DNA from: Flaccisagitta enflata
Lineage: Eukaryota
Reading direction: 5' to 3'
Length of the DNA: 64,000 nt
Assembly (NCBI GenBank): GCA_965153355.1
Contig: OZ231126.1
Span: forward strand, 744,001 to 808,000
Positions 23,743 through 37,600 of the stretch are shown in pieces. Each line of letters starts with the position of its first letter. Position 1 is the stretch's first letter. A program made the translations under genes and the position numbers. The notes under the pieces are model-generated. The model saw nothing but the letters and a program-made list of their open reading frames with translations. It ran no database searches and was not told the origin of the DNA.

Positions 23743-26700
23743 GCATTTTTCGTCTCTAAGGCTGCTCCGTGCTGCAACATAATTGTTAATTGTTAGCATT
23801 GAACGGTCTTTCATTTTCATGAATGGCTTTTTTCAGGATTTTTTTTAGTCGCGTGCACGCGACTCTACACCCCGCTTTGTCCATCCGTCGGTCGGTTGGT
23901 CGGTCGGTTGGTCGGTCCCCATTTTACTTTTTATATCAATTCTATTTCTTTAGGACATTTTAAATCATTTTACGGTAAACTAAGTCATTCTAAGCCATTC
24001 TAAGTCATTCAAAGTCAATCTGTAAGTCTCGCACGCGACTTATAGGTGTTGGCCTTGTTTGACCAACGAATCATACCAATATAAGGCCAATAAAATCTTT
24101 ACCTCCTTGGATTTCACGTCTAACGATTCCTTCCTCCTTTCCTGTTCGCCATTCTCTTCCCATCAATCTCCCTTTTCCCCAATCCCCTTGTTTTTGCCTC
24201 TCCCACTTTTCTTTTCCATGAAAACACAGGTTAAAACTTACAAATTGTAAGAAGTGTTACTTTATTTGATAATGGGGTGTGCAAAAGAATCCAAATAATA
24301 GTAAGGCAAGCACCTATAAGTTGCATGCAGGACATAAATAACTTAAGATGACTTAAGTTGACTTTAGATGACTCAAGATGACCTGAAATGACTTAAAACG
24401 ACTTAAAATGACTTAAAAAGACTTAATTGACTACATTGACCTGATTGACATAAATGACTTAAAATGACTTAGAATGACTTAAAATAGCTTAAAATGACTT
24501 ACAATGGCATTTGGAGAGGAACTGTGAGCCTAGAACCATAAAGACGCTGAAATAATTAAGAGGGGACAGACAGACCGACTGACCAACCAACCAACCAACC
24601 AACCAACGGACTGACAAAGCGGGTTGTAAAAGTCGCAGCACTTTCAAATTGAGTACCCTCACTAGTCATAAAACAAACTAGAATTGATTGTATCACAAGT
24701 GAATAAGAAGTGAAGACATTGATCTAGTCTGGACTTTATTTCATAAGCAAAAAGATTAGAAATGATAGATTTTTGTATAAGTGCAATTATTGCATAGTGA
24801 CTTTCTTAGCCTGGTACATACTCTACTGAGGGAGGTTAGTAGTATTAACATGAATGCAGCTCACTAAAGCAAACAAGGCCAGATACACGGCCACCAGTTG
24901 CGGATGGGTGGGAAGGGGCGGAAATACGCGTTTTCCCACTTTTCGACTCGATCATTACGGACCGATGGACGAACGGACGGACCGACGGACGGATGGACGG
25001 ACAAAGCCTATCATAGAGTTGCGTGTCTGCAACTAAAAAGAAAAAAAACTCAACTTTGAGTGCTAGTAAAATCAACGATAGAAATTTAGTATTGTTCAAT
25101 GAAATATTTTGAAAGTTTGTACTTATACTTATAGACTCAAAATGATTTGAAAACTTTTATTTCTGACTGTTCGATTCTTTGTTAACTTTTTGGTATCTAC
25201 TATTTATGCTTTAAAGATTTACTATTTCTATGAGGTTTTCAAAAAAAGTAACTGTCAATTTTGGTGCACACCCTGTTTTGATATGACTCATATGATATAT
25301 ACACCATGGGCCCATTTGGCGTTCAAGTTGTTAAAAGAAATATTGTTAACAATGCAGAAAATTTAGGATCACGACAAATAGGGGGGCTACCAAAATGGTT
25401 TGATGAGTTCTTTTTTCAGAATAGAATAGCTAGCTTCGATGAGTGAAACCCAGACAAGCAGAGGTATGTACAGTATGTCTGTTAGAGTGCCTAGAAAAAC
25501 CAAAATTGCACTTGGACTGGCAAGAATATTTTTCCTTTGCAAAAATGCTTTTAAATGAGCATCAAAGTCACCCTAAAGATAGTTCCTGATTGATTGGGAA
25601 ATAGCGCATTGGCATTTTCAAAATATTTTTGCCAGGCGGAGTAGAATTTTAGCTTTTCTGGGCACACGTTATGTACAGTCACACATGTAAAACAGATCCA
25701 AGAGTCACGGAAATTTACCTACAACGGATATACTAATCTAGTCCTTTCATCGGGAAAAAAGTCGAAGTCAGTCTTCGACTTTTTGACATATTCGAGAGAA
25801 ACAGGGTTTTCGTTTTCTTATGAGGAAGTTGTGCATCTCATCCGGCTGATTGGTCCCTCGAACGCAATTGATAGGGTAAGTAAATTTGATAATTCTCTTT
25901 CATTTGGCGCCAAGCAGAATGCTCTACGACAAATATTTTTTGCGCTATGATTTTTTAAAGATTTATTTACGAAAATTGCAAATTGAATTTTTTTTTATTT
26001 TTTATGATTTTAAGTAGGATCAATAAAAAAGTGTATTTATGTTTTTTTGAGCATGCAAATACAAGAAAACATGTTTATGAGCATAGCTGCTCATCTCTTA
26101 GGGTGTTTTTGAGCAGTCTAGCTCATTTAGCTCATTTAGCTTATTTTGCTCCGTCTTTTTTTCTGAATTCAAATTCAATAAATGAATAAATATTTTGTTA
26201 CATATTTAAGCAAGCAGATACAAAAAAGCATGTCAGTGAGCTCAGTTGCTTATTTGCGAGGGTGTTTTTATATATTCTAGCTCACTTGACTTATTTAGCT
26301 CAGTTTTTTTTTCTGATCTTTAATGGGATAAATACATAAATGCAAATACAAGAAAGCATGTCAGTGAGCATAGCTGGTTGTGTGGTTGAGTGATTTTGAG
26401 CATTTTAGCTCATCTAGCTCATTTGGCTCAGTCCTATATTTCTCGGATTAACTGTGCAACCAATACATGCAAGTGCTGTTGATTTGATCTAACAAGTAGA
26501 AAGATTTGCAGTGACTGAAAACAAAAGCTTGGTGAAAAGTGACCAATGCTTACGACTTTTTTCCTCACGGCGACAGCCGCCATTACTGGTATTAACATCC
26601 TTTGGTTTCTACATTGAAAATAACAGAGACCCGCCCATGGCTAATACAATATGTTTATCCCTTGACATCCGTTATTGCTGAACTGTTTCCTCGAATAAAT

Positions 26701-27003
26701 ACGGACCTCTTGCTCTGCTTGTACGACTTACTACTAAATGACGAGAAGATTTAATAGAATTTCATTAAATAGATTCAAAGAATTGTTACTGAAAACTTTT
26801 TTCATTCTAAAATAATATACTCTGGTCTCGAGATCGATTAAAGCATCGATAATGATCAAACTTTGGAAAAAAAAATATGGAGAAACCAACCGACGCATCC
26901 TAAATCCATACAATCTGCACTCAAGGCAATTAGATAAAGAAAGAGGCTTTATGAAAAAAACCAAGGTCGCCTACGGGTGGGCAGGGGCAGTAAAGTGAAT
27001 GTA

Positions 27004-27613
27004 CAATCTTGGAAAAAAGTATACCGACACCCAGGCAATTCATTGATTTATTCACTAGGCATTAAACAACACCTCATACTGAAAGTGCAAAGGGGTAATA
27101 TCATGTCTGTACCTTACTGATGATTCAAGTTTTCCATATTTCAAGCACTGTATATTGCATTTTATTTTGTAAAGGATGATTTGGTTTCACATATCTTAAA
27201 CTTACTTTGCTGAACCAACCATTCTTGATATACGTTTGTAATTTTAGTTGTAACTTTTAAACGATTAAAGCTACAGAAACCAGTTTGCGCTCATCTTAAA
27301 GATTTTTTTGGTGGAGTTAAATTTGCTTTTTAAACAAAATTGTTTAGCTTTTCTAGAAGCCAAGTTATTCTCAGTTGAAACTGCCATTAAAAAATTAACT
27401 TTTTCATGCTTGTTTTTTTCTGCATTTTTGAAAATGAATGTTTTCATTCTTTTGCTTGCCATTTCTAAATGGCTAAAGCTACAAAAACCAGATTGCATTC
27501 ATTCTGAAGATAATTTGACAAAGTTTAATTCCTTTTTTAAAAAAAGTTTCTGGCTATTCTAGAAGCAAAGATATCTTAAGTTGAAGGTGTCGGTATACTT
27601 ATTTCCAAGGTGG
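27004..27613. mobile_element. Tc1-like MITE
   Basis: CAATCTTGGAAAAAAGTATACCGACACC...GGTGTCGGTATACTTATTTCCAAGGTGG, TA flanks. Confidence 0.7.
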
Positions 27614-28204
27614 TAAAGGGACGGTAAGATTGGCGGGTGGAGGCAGTTTATGGGTGCAAACAAACGCTTGTTACCCGCTCACTCATAAATTACGGCTCAA
27701 AGGCTGCGTTACTTGGCTCATTTAGTCTTTTTTCCGCAAGAAATGAGCCGTCTTGGGCATCCCCAAGACACATAATAGTCAACTCGTGATTACTTTTTTC
27801 TTATTGATATTCTTTTATTTATAGTATGGCTTTGCTGCGATCTGTATCAGTCTTTTTATTGTCTCATGGCTATATTCTTAAACTGATAATCTGCTGAGCC
27901 TTGCCTTGCTTCCTTTTACATTTTTTATGAAAATATAATATACTACTACTATTAAAAAAAACAGTCTAAAATCATGAAATGTCTATCACGATTATTTCAT
28001 TAGAAAATTTGCAATATCTCTGCACCACCAGATCGGTCAAAAGACCGACAAACAAACCATCCAGCCAAAAAGAAGCTTGCAGGGCTTGAGTGGTATAAAG
28101 TGGCGTTAGGTGGGATTTGATGGACTGTGCGGCATGTATCCCACTACAGACTGACCCACTGAGCGCCAATGAATAAAACATCAGCCTCTTTTATCAAGGT
28201 GATT

Positions 28205-29698
28205 TCAGATTTTATGCCATTCTATTTGAAATTTGATGAAATTTACAATCATGTAGAGAAAAAAGGCGAGGAAGAATGTTAGAAAAGCTCCAGCCGCAAA
28301 ACGCCTTGTCAGTCGGTAATACTCTTGCGCCTCCGACACCTGATCACAAAAACACAAAGTCATTTCAAGGAGTTACGATGACTCCGGCTACCCCAGTTGT
28401 TTGCGAGTGGGCAACTAGTAACTAGAATTTTACATAGTACAGTACGATGCATATAAAAAGATGCAAAATTTCTATTCAAGATCACTTTGCTCAAAAATGA
28501 CTTAAACAATTTTGTTTCTATGAAAAAACAATGGAATTGGCTCTAATCTCAATTATTTTGGCTAATTTGATAAGAATTTATTACAGATTGAAAGCAAAGT
28601 ATTGTCAACAGATGCGCGATCTTCAAATGACTGTTAAAATTTCCTTTAATCATATATATATTCTTCAAATTGAGTTTGAACTGATGAAAATCCATGACAT
28701 TTTGAAAAAACTTTTGATAATTATTAGTGTTTTGGGTGTGTATTAGGTTTTTTATGTAAGAAGTCTTGGTTTCTATACTTTCCTAAGACACACTTTGATT
28801 CAACTTTTTTCATTTGAAAGTAAATTTTGTTGAAATCATTGATTTTTAGTCAAATTTAAGCGAAATTCTTTAAGTGGTCCCTAATTCAATTTAGTTTTTT
28901 AAAAATAGAATGAAAAATATTGTTCCTCATAAAAAATGTTCATAATAGAACATGTCGGAAATAATTATATATAGGTAGCTAAAAAAAAATTTTTACTTAG
29001 GAGAAATATAAAAAGTGTTATCAAAAAAATCAAAAGCTACCTTTTTAAAGACCACCCGTTATAACGTTCATTCTTACTTTCATTGGACTTACATTTCCGT
29101 TATTGAGAGCTTCTCTCGTCCGGATTGCGTTGTAGAGAGCCACAGAGCCGAGGCAAAACCAGTTGCAAAAGATGCAAGAAATGATGGCCATTGGTAAATA
29201 TCCTTGTCTGATGCCTGACCCTGGGGCCAAGGGCACAAACTGGGTATTAGCTGGTACCGCAGCTGGAGTCATTGTGCCCGGATGGTAATTGGTCGGACTT
29301 GGAGCCAATGTTACAGGCTGGAAGTTGGTATGGGTCGGGGTAGCTGCTGGTGGTGGCGGGTAGGGCATAGATACCGGTGGTGGTGGGTAAGGGGTTGGCC
29401 CGGTTGATACAGGTGGTGGCGGGTAGGGCATTGATACCGGCGGGTAAGGGTTTGGCCCCACAGCATTTGGCGCTTGAAAATTGATGTGCCCTGGACTTGC
29501 TGATGGTGGATATGGATTTAGTTCCAACCCCGTGGGCTCGAAGTTGGTATGGGTTGGAGTTACTGCCGGTGGATAAGCAGTCGAGCCTACAGGTGCCTTG
29601 AAAGGGTCATGTCCTGGACTTTGTGTTGGACCCATTGATACTGCAGAATTGTAATCAGGAGGAGGAGCTGGAGGGGTTCTGTCCATTTCAGGATCCAT
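28205..29698 (-). CDS. Proline-rich CD225/dispanin family membrane protein (PRRT/TMEM233-like), at least 2 exons, 246 aa
   Basis: Exon 1 (29698-29093) has a Pro-rich N-terminus with PPDY/PYPP motifs, then GYLPMAIISCIFCNWFCLGSVALYNAIRTREALNNGN|GTAAGT. Exon 2 (28339-28205, CAG acceptor, phase 0) is VSEAQEYYRLTRRFAAGAFLTFFLAFFLYMIVNFIKFQIEWHKI*, supplying the second hydrophobic helix of the CD225 layout. Confidence 0.82.
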
Positions 29699-30103
29699 CG
29701 TTTTTAGTCCTTTTTATCTTTTTGTAAGATCTTTTTAGTGAATGAAATTGCGTTCAGGAACTGTGAAAAATTCTGTTCAGAAATCCGTTGCTGACGTACC
29801 GTATATTGTCAGACAATAAATGTATGTGAATAGATAGTCTTGTGACACACACATAAGCGCGCGCAGTAGCAGCGCTGTGGCTGTTGGATTAGAAGCTCCA
29901 GAAGCTGGGTTGTAGTGGGACATCTCTAAAAATCATGTATTTGCCTCCTCATGATTGCTCTTATGTTTTGCGATGCATCATTCGGTCTTCATCTTGGGCG
30001 TTGCATTTAATGGAAGAAATGTTATTGAGAAGTTATGGTGTAAAATCGGAAGTGTGGAAATGCATCACCTCTTTTTAAATCTCTCCCCTCTTAATCTTCC
30101 ACA

Positions 30104-30164
<61 letters not shown>

Positions 30165-30257
30165 AGTTTAACAGAATAGTGCTACAGTAAGATTACTTTT
30201 TACACTTTAATGAAAAACGGACAAGCAGGCGTGTTTAACTGATCGTCAAACAAATCA

Positions 30258-32410
30258 TCAAACGGACATCGACGCGAACAACCCAATTTCGGGACTTAAA
30301 GTGTGTTCTTTTGTCAGCTGCTCATTGACTTGAACGACATCTTGTATCAGCTCGGTGACTTCTTTTGACTTGTTCTTAAAGAATGCCTAGACACATATAT
30401 CTCTTAAATGGATAAAGACGGGGTTAATGTCCACGGATCAAACCATGTCAGCCCTTCATGGTACCCCATGGGGCTTTAAATAAAAACGGGGGGGGGGGGG
30501 CAGGGGCAGTATTTGAGGTCACTGGACCATTTGGGCAGGAGCAGTGAGGTCTAAGAATAAAAATGAAAAAATCCTAAAAAAAGTAAAACGTGACGGGCCG
30601 ACCAACCAACCGACGAACGGACTAAGCGGGGTGTAGAGTCGCATAGCACGTGACTAAAAACAACTACAAAATTATAAAGCAATCACTCGTGTCCTTCTAT
30701 CTCTATACATAATGTCTGTCCAAAAAAAGTTCTATTCTGAACTAAAAGAGCTGAAATATTTTTCTTTTAAGGAAAGAAGAACGTCTCAATATGATTTGAG
30801 AAGGTTTTCAAAACTTTTTCGAGTACAGGTAAGCATCACTAGAAGGCATTTGAAGGGACCAACTCATTCTATGCCTTCAAGCCGGGATGCTTTATTTCCG
30901 AGCAAGATTTTCTCTATGGTTTACCATGATGATAGTTTCTTATAGACAGTGGTTGTCAGATCGATCTAGCCATGCCATGTGGAGGGTAAAATGACATATA
31001 CATACTATGTACAGTTGAACCCCGCTCTAACGGACCCGCCACCAACGGAATTCCGCCAATAACAGATGCAAATTCATGGTCCCTTCAAGTTAATTTATTT
31101 TATTCCCATTGTTGGCAATAACAGAAGTCCGCTTATAACAGAAAAAAGTTGTAGGTCCCTTGAAATCCGTAAGAGCGGGGTTTAACTGTACTTAGAAGCA
31201 AAGAGATGAAAGAAACGACTAACAAATTTAAAGTGCAGCTTGCAGATTAACAAGGCCGGATACACGGCTGCCCCAGTCGCGTGCGGGTGGGCAGGGGCTT
31301 AATCATTTGGGCAGGAGCAGTGAGGCCAAAGACTGAAAAAAAAACAAAAAAAGTAAAGTGTGACGGACGGACCAAAGGACGGACCGACGGACGGACAAAC
31401 CGACAAAGCGGGTTGTAGAGTCGCGTAGCAAGCGACTAAAAAGATGCCAAGTGACAGACGATTAAATAAACCGAGAGTAGATGGATGCAGCACATGACAA
31501 ATACAGACAAGTTTTTGTCTAAAATCAATGCCACGAATTGTACTAATTTTGTCGCGTCAAGGCCTGTTTCTTACTGTTTATCAAAAATCGAGTTTTCATA
31601 GATAGTGACTCATGGCTGAGGGCGGCATTCTTTCTCCCGTTTTTGGGCAGCGGCCCCGAAGGGGCCGATGACCTATGCTCTCACACATATGGGAGATTTT
31701 CTCCTCCTCCTCCTTCTCCTTCTTCTTCTTCTTCTTCTTCTCCTTCTCCGTCCCCCCCCCCAGCTCCAAAGCTCATATTCTAGTCGCAGGGCTCATTTTC
31801 CAGCCTGAAGGCTCATTTTCCAGCCCTCAAAGCTCAAAATCCAGCCTAAAAGCTCAACTCCCAGCCTTGAGCCTCAAATCCCAGCCTCCAGGCTCAAAAC
31901 CCAGCCTCCAGGCTCAAATCCCAGCCTCAAGGCTCAAATCCCAGCCTTGAGGCTCAAATCATAGCCTCGTGGCCCAGTTCCTAGCCAAGAAGCTCAAATC
32001 CCAGCTTCGAAGCTCAAATCCCAGCCTCGAGGCTCATATCTCAGCCTTGAGGCTCAAATCCCAGCCTCAAGGCTCAAATCCCAGCTTCAAGGCCCCAATT
32101 CCAGCCTTGAGGCTCAAATACAAACAGCATAGGTCATCGGCCCCTTCGGGGCCGCTGCCCTTCTAACCACCTCACACCCACATACACTCACAAAGGGGCA
32201 ACGGGTACCGCTGACCAAATAACGCTTTTGCGACTATTATCGTTATCATTGTCCTCATCGTTATTTGCAGCTTCGTAAGTTGGTGATTTCTGCACCCTCG
32301 TGTTCATCTTGATCATTGCATCAGAATCGAGATCATGAGGGACTTCTGAAAATATGCCATTTAGCGAGGGATGCCTTATCAGCGGCTGCGCTCTTGTGAA
32401 GCTCAACTGT

Positions 32411-32503
<93 letters not shown>

Positions 32504-32516
32504 TGGAAAGAACAGT

Positions 32517-32559
<43 letters not shown>

Positions 32560-33148
32560 AATTTCTGGAATGGATATTGAACTTTAAAAACAATGATTGT
32601 TATTTGTAAATAGTGATACTTTATTAAATAGCTAAGGTAAAGCATTATCACAGAGCTGGGTAGCACTGAGGATTTTATCCTATTAAAAGCATCGAAAAAG
32701 AAAAATGAGTATTTGAAACCCGCTATGATAGCTGATGACCAAAGGCTAATAGTGAATTCAATTTTCTATAAAAGTGAATTAAAACAAAGCCATAAAGGCG
32801 GGTGGATTGTCGAACAAACGGCCAATGGACGCACAGACTTTCAAACGCCAAAGGCCAGTGCTAAATAACAAACGCCCAGCTGGTGTCACTACATCCACTG
32901 AAATTATTCTACATGAATACACTTTTTCCATTTGGAAATAGAAATGAAGCTTTAACTGCATATTTTTGTTAAAATCGATGTCAGATCATTGATGATGAAA
33001 AAAAGAAGATGCAATTCTGACCAGACACTTAGGGTCAATGACATGAAACTTTACAGGTGATATATCAAATCAATGGACTGCTTCATATCGGTTTTACTTG
33101 TCTCTGACTTTTCCCAGAAACACGAGCACTAAACAAGTCTCATAATAC
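30258..33148 (-). CDS. Unidentified intron-dense gene, partial model with hydrophobic segments
   Basis: Exons 33148-33109, 33077-33055, 33027-32957 and 32921 onward join through 31, 27 and 35 nt GT-AG introns: YYETCLVLVFLGK|SIDLIYHL|VWSELHLLFFIINDLTSILTKICM|YSCRIISVD... A candidate exon starts at 32406 (LSFTRAQPLIRHPSLNGIFSEVPHDLDSDAMIKMNTR). A candidate terminal exon is 30386-30258 (AFFKNKSKEVTELIQDVVQVNEQLTKEHTLSPEIGLFASMSV*). Connectivity between these parts is not proven. Confidence 0.38.
31012..31188. mobile_element. Tc1/mariner-pogo-type MITE (second copy)
   Basis: Same TIR, same 177-bp length, TA flanks. Confidence 0.85.
31640..32240 (+). mobile_element. Helentron/DINE-1-like element, family B, with an internal 21-bp tandem array (representative copy)
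   Basis: TTTTGGGCAGCGGCCCCGAAGGGGCCG end, (GGCTCAAATCCCAGCCTCAA-like)n core and an inverted GGGGCCGCTGCCC near the other end. Copies near 4150-4530, 18240-18960, 36771-37345, 38140-39380, 42740-43350, 43560-44110, 51120-51670 and 59275-59875. Confidence 0.7.
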
Positions 33149-33804
33149 CTGGTGAGCAGGGTCGAACATGCGATGTACCTTACACCATTGTCAAAAGAAA
33201 AAATAGGTTCTTCATATTAATTCCATTCCGGCTGTAATCAGCTGCAACTGCGTCAACCATGAACAAGTTTAGAAAACTAATTTTCATTATTCTAATAAAA
33301 AAATGACTGGGGAAATCTAGTTGTGTCCCCAGTCTCTTTTCTTCTAGGTAAAGAAATTTTCTGCCATTCGAAGTTAGCCCTTAACTCAGTTGCGTATAGG
33401 AACTATTGCCTATAAGTATTGAACTGATACAGAACCACATCATTTTTGCATTTTCTTTTTTTTCATCATAACTCAATCGATGATCCACATATACACTTAA
33501 GATTTTGATTGGGGCTTTAATCTATCTTACTGGAGGTCTTAAAGTATTTTGCTGGGTTAGCCGGTTCACTTGAAACACTGTGGGACGGACACAACCTCTT
33601 GTAAACGAGCTTTGATGCAAGTGAGAACTGACCAAAATCTACTGGCAGCATCATGAGCCTCCGAAGTTTAGATTTTTTTTATCTTTTAAACAACAAGTCT
33701 GGATTAGGAGCAGTGCCTTTTCAAAGTCTATACTTAAGTAAAGTAAAATCAAAATTCCTTTCAAGACCATTATTTATTTTGTGCACATGAAATAATCTAA
33801 AATA

Positions 33805-34097
33805 CAGGCCTGTATATTATTGAGTTTTCCCCAAAGGGTCTGGAAATGGGGAAGGAAATCAAAGGGGGAAAAAAAGGGGAAAAAAGGAAATTTGGGGAAA
33901 ATATAACTTTTGACAGTACCAAATCATAAAACTAAAATCAGTAAAACACAATTTAACACTATCTAAACCTTAACCACATTGTTTTATTGCTATATGAGGA
34001 AAAAAATCATATATACAAAAACGCGACGCGTCGCAGGGAAGAAAATCAAAAGCAGGAGGGAAAAAAATCAAAAGCGACTCAATGATATACACCCCTG
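33805..34097. mobile_element. hAT-type MITE (same family)
   Basis: CAGGCCTGTATA...TATACACCCCTG; TSD CTAAAATA/CTGAAATA. Confidence 0.8.
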
Positions 34098-34269
34098 CTG
34101 AAATATCAAACTCGATCTCTAAATGTGGGCCAGCCAATTTTCCGGAAATGTTGTTGATCAAAATGGCTGCGAGGGTGCATTGGAAAAGACAAATCTCAAC
34201 ATTTTGCGCTGAAGCGCATCAAAACAATCCTTCAATTTCGCCAAAAGCCCCTCATGCCATACTGAAAAT

Positions 34270-34583
34270 CAGGGGTGTATACAATTGAGTCGCTTTTGAT
34301 TCCCCCCCCCCACCTTTGATTCTCTTCCCCGCGACGCTACATGTCGCATCTTAAAATCTAAGGTTTTCTTCCCCATAAGGCCATAAAACAGTGTAGTTGA
34401 GGTTTAATTAGTGTTAAATTGTGTTTTACTAACTAGTTTTTATAATTTGGTACTGTCAAAAGTTTTGTTTTCCCAAAATTTTCCTTTTTTCTCTTTTTTC
34501 CCTCTTTGATTTCCTTCCCCATCTCTGGACCCTTCGATTTCCCCCCCCCACCAGGGGGGAAAACTCAATTATGTACAGGCCTG
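34270..34583. mobile_element. hAT-type MITE (same family, inverted relative to the 33805 copy)
   Basis: CAGGGGTGTATAC...GTACAGGCCTG; internal sequence matches the other copies; TSD degenerate. Confidence 0.78.
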
Positions 34584-34609
34584 CTGACTTCATAGATGAG
34601 CTAGTATCT

Positions 34610-37600
34610 TAACAAGGCCAACACCTATAAGTCGCGTGCGAGACAAAGATAACTGAATTGACCTGACTCCTTATTGTATCACTTTATTGGCTTAATCCAG
34701 ACTTAAATCAGACTTAAACCAAACTTAAACCATATTTAAACCAGACTTAAACCAGACTTAAACCAGACTTAAACCAGACTTAAACCAAACTTAAACCAGA
34801 CTTAGACCAGACTTAGACCAGACTTAGACCAGACTTAGACCAGACTTAGACCAGACTAAGACCAGACTAAGACCAGACTGAGACCAGACTAAGACCAGAC
34901 TAAGACCAGACTAAGACCAGACTTAGACCAGACTTAGACTAGACTTAGACCAGACTTAGACCAGACTTAGACCAGACTTAGACCAGACTTAGACCAGACT
35001 TAGATCAGACTTAGACCAGACTCAGATCAGACTTAGACCAGACTTAGACCAGACTTAGACCAGACTTAGACCAGACTTAGACCAGACTTAGACCAGACTT
35101 AAACCAGACTTAGACCAGACTTAGACCAGACTTAGACCAGACTTAGACCAGTCTTAGACCAGACTTAGACCAGTCTTAGACCAGACTTAGACCAGAGTTT
35201 GACCAGACTTAGACCAGACTTAGACCAGACTAAGACCAGACTTAGACCAGACTTAGACCAGACTTAGACCAGACTTAGACCAGACGACCAGACTTTGGCC
35301 AAACTTAGACCAGCCTTAGACCAGCCTTAGACCAGACTTAGACAAGACTTAGACCAGACTTAGACCAGACTTAGAACAGACTTAGAACAGACTTAGACCA
35401 GACTTAGACCAGACTTAGACCAGACTTAGACCAGACTTAGACCAGACTTAGACCAGACTTAGACCAGACTTAGACCAGACTTAGACCAGACTTAGATCAG
35501 ACTTAGACCAGACTTAGACCAGACTTAGACCAGACTTAAACCAGATTTAGACCAGACTTAGACCAGATTTAGACCAGACTTAGACCAGACTTAGACCAGT
35601 CTTAGACCAGACTTAGACCAGACTTAGACCAGACTTGGACCAGACTTAGAACAGACTTAGACCAGACTTAGACCAGACTTAGAACAGACTTAGAACAGAC
35701 TTAGACCAGACTTGGACCAGACTTTGGCCAAACTTAGACCAGCCTTAGACCAGCCTTAGACCAGACTTAGACCAGACTTAGACCAGACTTAGACCAGACT
35801 TAGACCAGACTTAGACCAGACTTAGACCAGACTTAGAACAGACTTAGACCAGACTTAGACCAGACTTAGACCAGACTTAGACCAGACTTAGAATGACTCA
35901 AGACAACTTTAAATGACTTAAAAAAAACTAAAATGACCAAAAATGACTACTTTGACCTATTTGACTTAAGTGACCTAAAATAACTTAGAATGACTTAGAA
36001 TGACTTAGAATGACTTAGAATGACTTAGAATGACTTAAAATGACCTTAAATGACTTAGAATGACTAAAAATAACTTTAAGTATAATAAAAAAGTAAAGTG
36101 TGATGGACGGACAGACGGACGGACGGACCAACAGACCGACGGTCGGAAAAAGCGGGTTGTAGACCAGACTTAGACCAGACTTTGACCAGACTTTGGCCAA
36201 ACTTAGACCAGCCTTAGACCAGCCTTAGACCAGACTTAGACCAGACTTAGACCAGACTTAGACCAGACTTAGACCAGACTTAGAACAGACTTAGACCAGA
36301 CTTAGACCAGACTTAGACCAGACTTAGACCAGACTTAGACCAGACTTAGACCAGACTTAGACCAGACTTAGACCAGACTTAGACCAGACTTAGACCAGCC
36401 TTTGAACAGCCTTAGACCAGCCTTAGACCAGCCTTAGACCAGATTCTAGACCAGACTTAGACCAGACTTAGATCAGACTTAGACCACCAGACCAGACCAG
36501 ACTTTTAGAATGACTTTAGACCAGATCAGGACCTTAGACTTAGACCAGACTTAGACCAGACTTAAAACAACTCAAGACAACTTTAAATGACTTAAAAAAA
36601 CCTAAAATGACCGAAAAGACTACTTTGACCAATTTGACTTAAGTGACTTAAAATAACTTAGAATGACTTAGAATGACTTAGAATGACTTAGAATGACTTA
36701 GAATGACTTAGAATGACTTAAAATGACCTATAATGACTTAGAATGACTAAAAATAACTTAAAGTATAATAAATAGCCGCAAAAGCGTTAGATGGTCAGCG
36801 GTACCCGTTGCCCCTATGTGAGTATACATGGGTGTGTGATGGTGAGAGGGGCAGCGGCCCCGAAGGGGCCGATGACCGATGCTTAGTGAGTTTTGAAGCT
36901 CCAGGCTTGAATTTTAACATCAGTAATAGGATTTGAGCCATGAGGCTGTGATTGGATCCATGAAGCTGTGATTTGAGCCTCAAGGTGGTGATTGGTGCAT
37001 TGAGGTGATGATCTGATCCTCAAAGCTTTGATTTGAGTCTTGAGGCTGTGATTTGAGCCTCAAGGCTGTAATTTGAGCCTTGAGGCTATGATTTGAGCCA
37101 AGATGCTGCGATTTAAGCCAAGATGCTGAGATTTGAGCCTCGAGGCTGGGATATGAGGCTTGAAGCTGGGATTTGAGGCTTGAGTTTGGAATTTGAGCCT
37201 CAAGACTAGGATTTGGGCCTCAAGACTAGGGCTTAGTCCCCAAGGCCAGGATATGAGCTTCGGAGGGGGTGGACGGAGAAGAAGGAAAAATTTCCCCTAT
37301 GTGTGAAAGCATAGGTCATCGGCCCCTTCGGGGCCGCTGCCCAAAAAGTAAAGTGTGATGGATGGACGGACGGACGGACCTGATTGTGGGACCCGGACTG
37401 ACGGACAAAGCGGGTTGTAATCAGACTTAGACCAGACTTTGACCAGACTTCGAACAACTTAGACCAGCCTTAGACCAGCCTTAGACCAGACTTAGACCAG
37501 ACTTAGACCAGACTTAGACCAGACTTAGACCAGACTTAGACCAGATTTAGAACAGACTTAGACTAGACTTAGACCCGACTTTGACCAGACTTAGACCAGA

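Noticed and set aside
28158-28181. FYSLALS match to the signal peptide of the Ly6-like gene (about 22 nt)
   Set aside because: Short match, upstream in-frame stop and no Cys pattern; another frame explains the segment better.
33149-33178. Tubulin-like peptide VHRMFDPAHQ
   Set aside because: Flanking frames do not continue any tubulin similarity; the segment fits as well as a 30-nt GT-AG intron.
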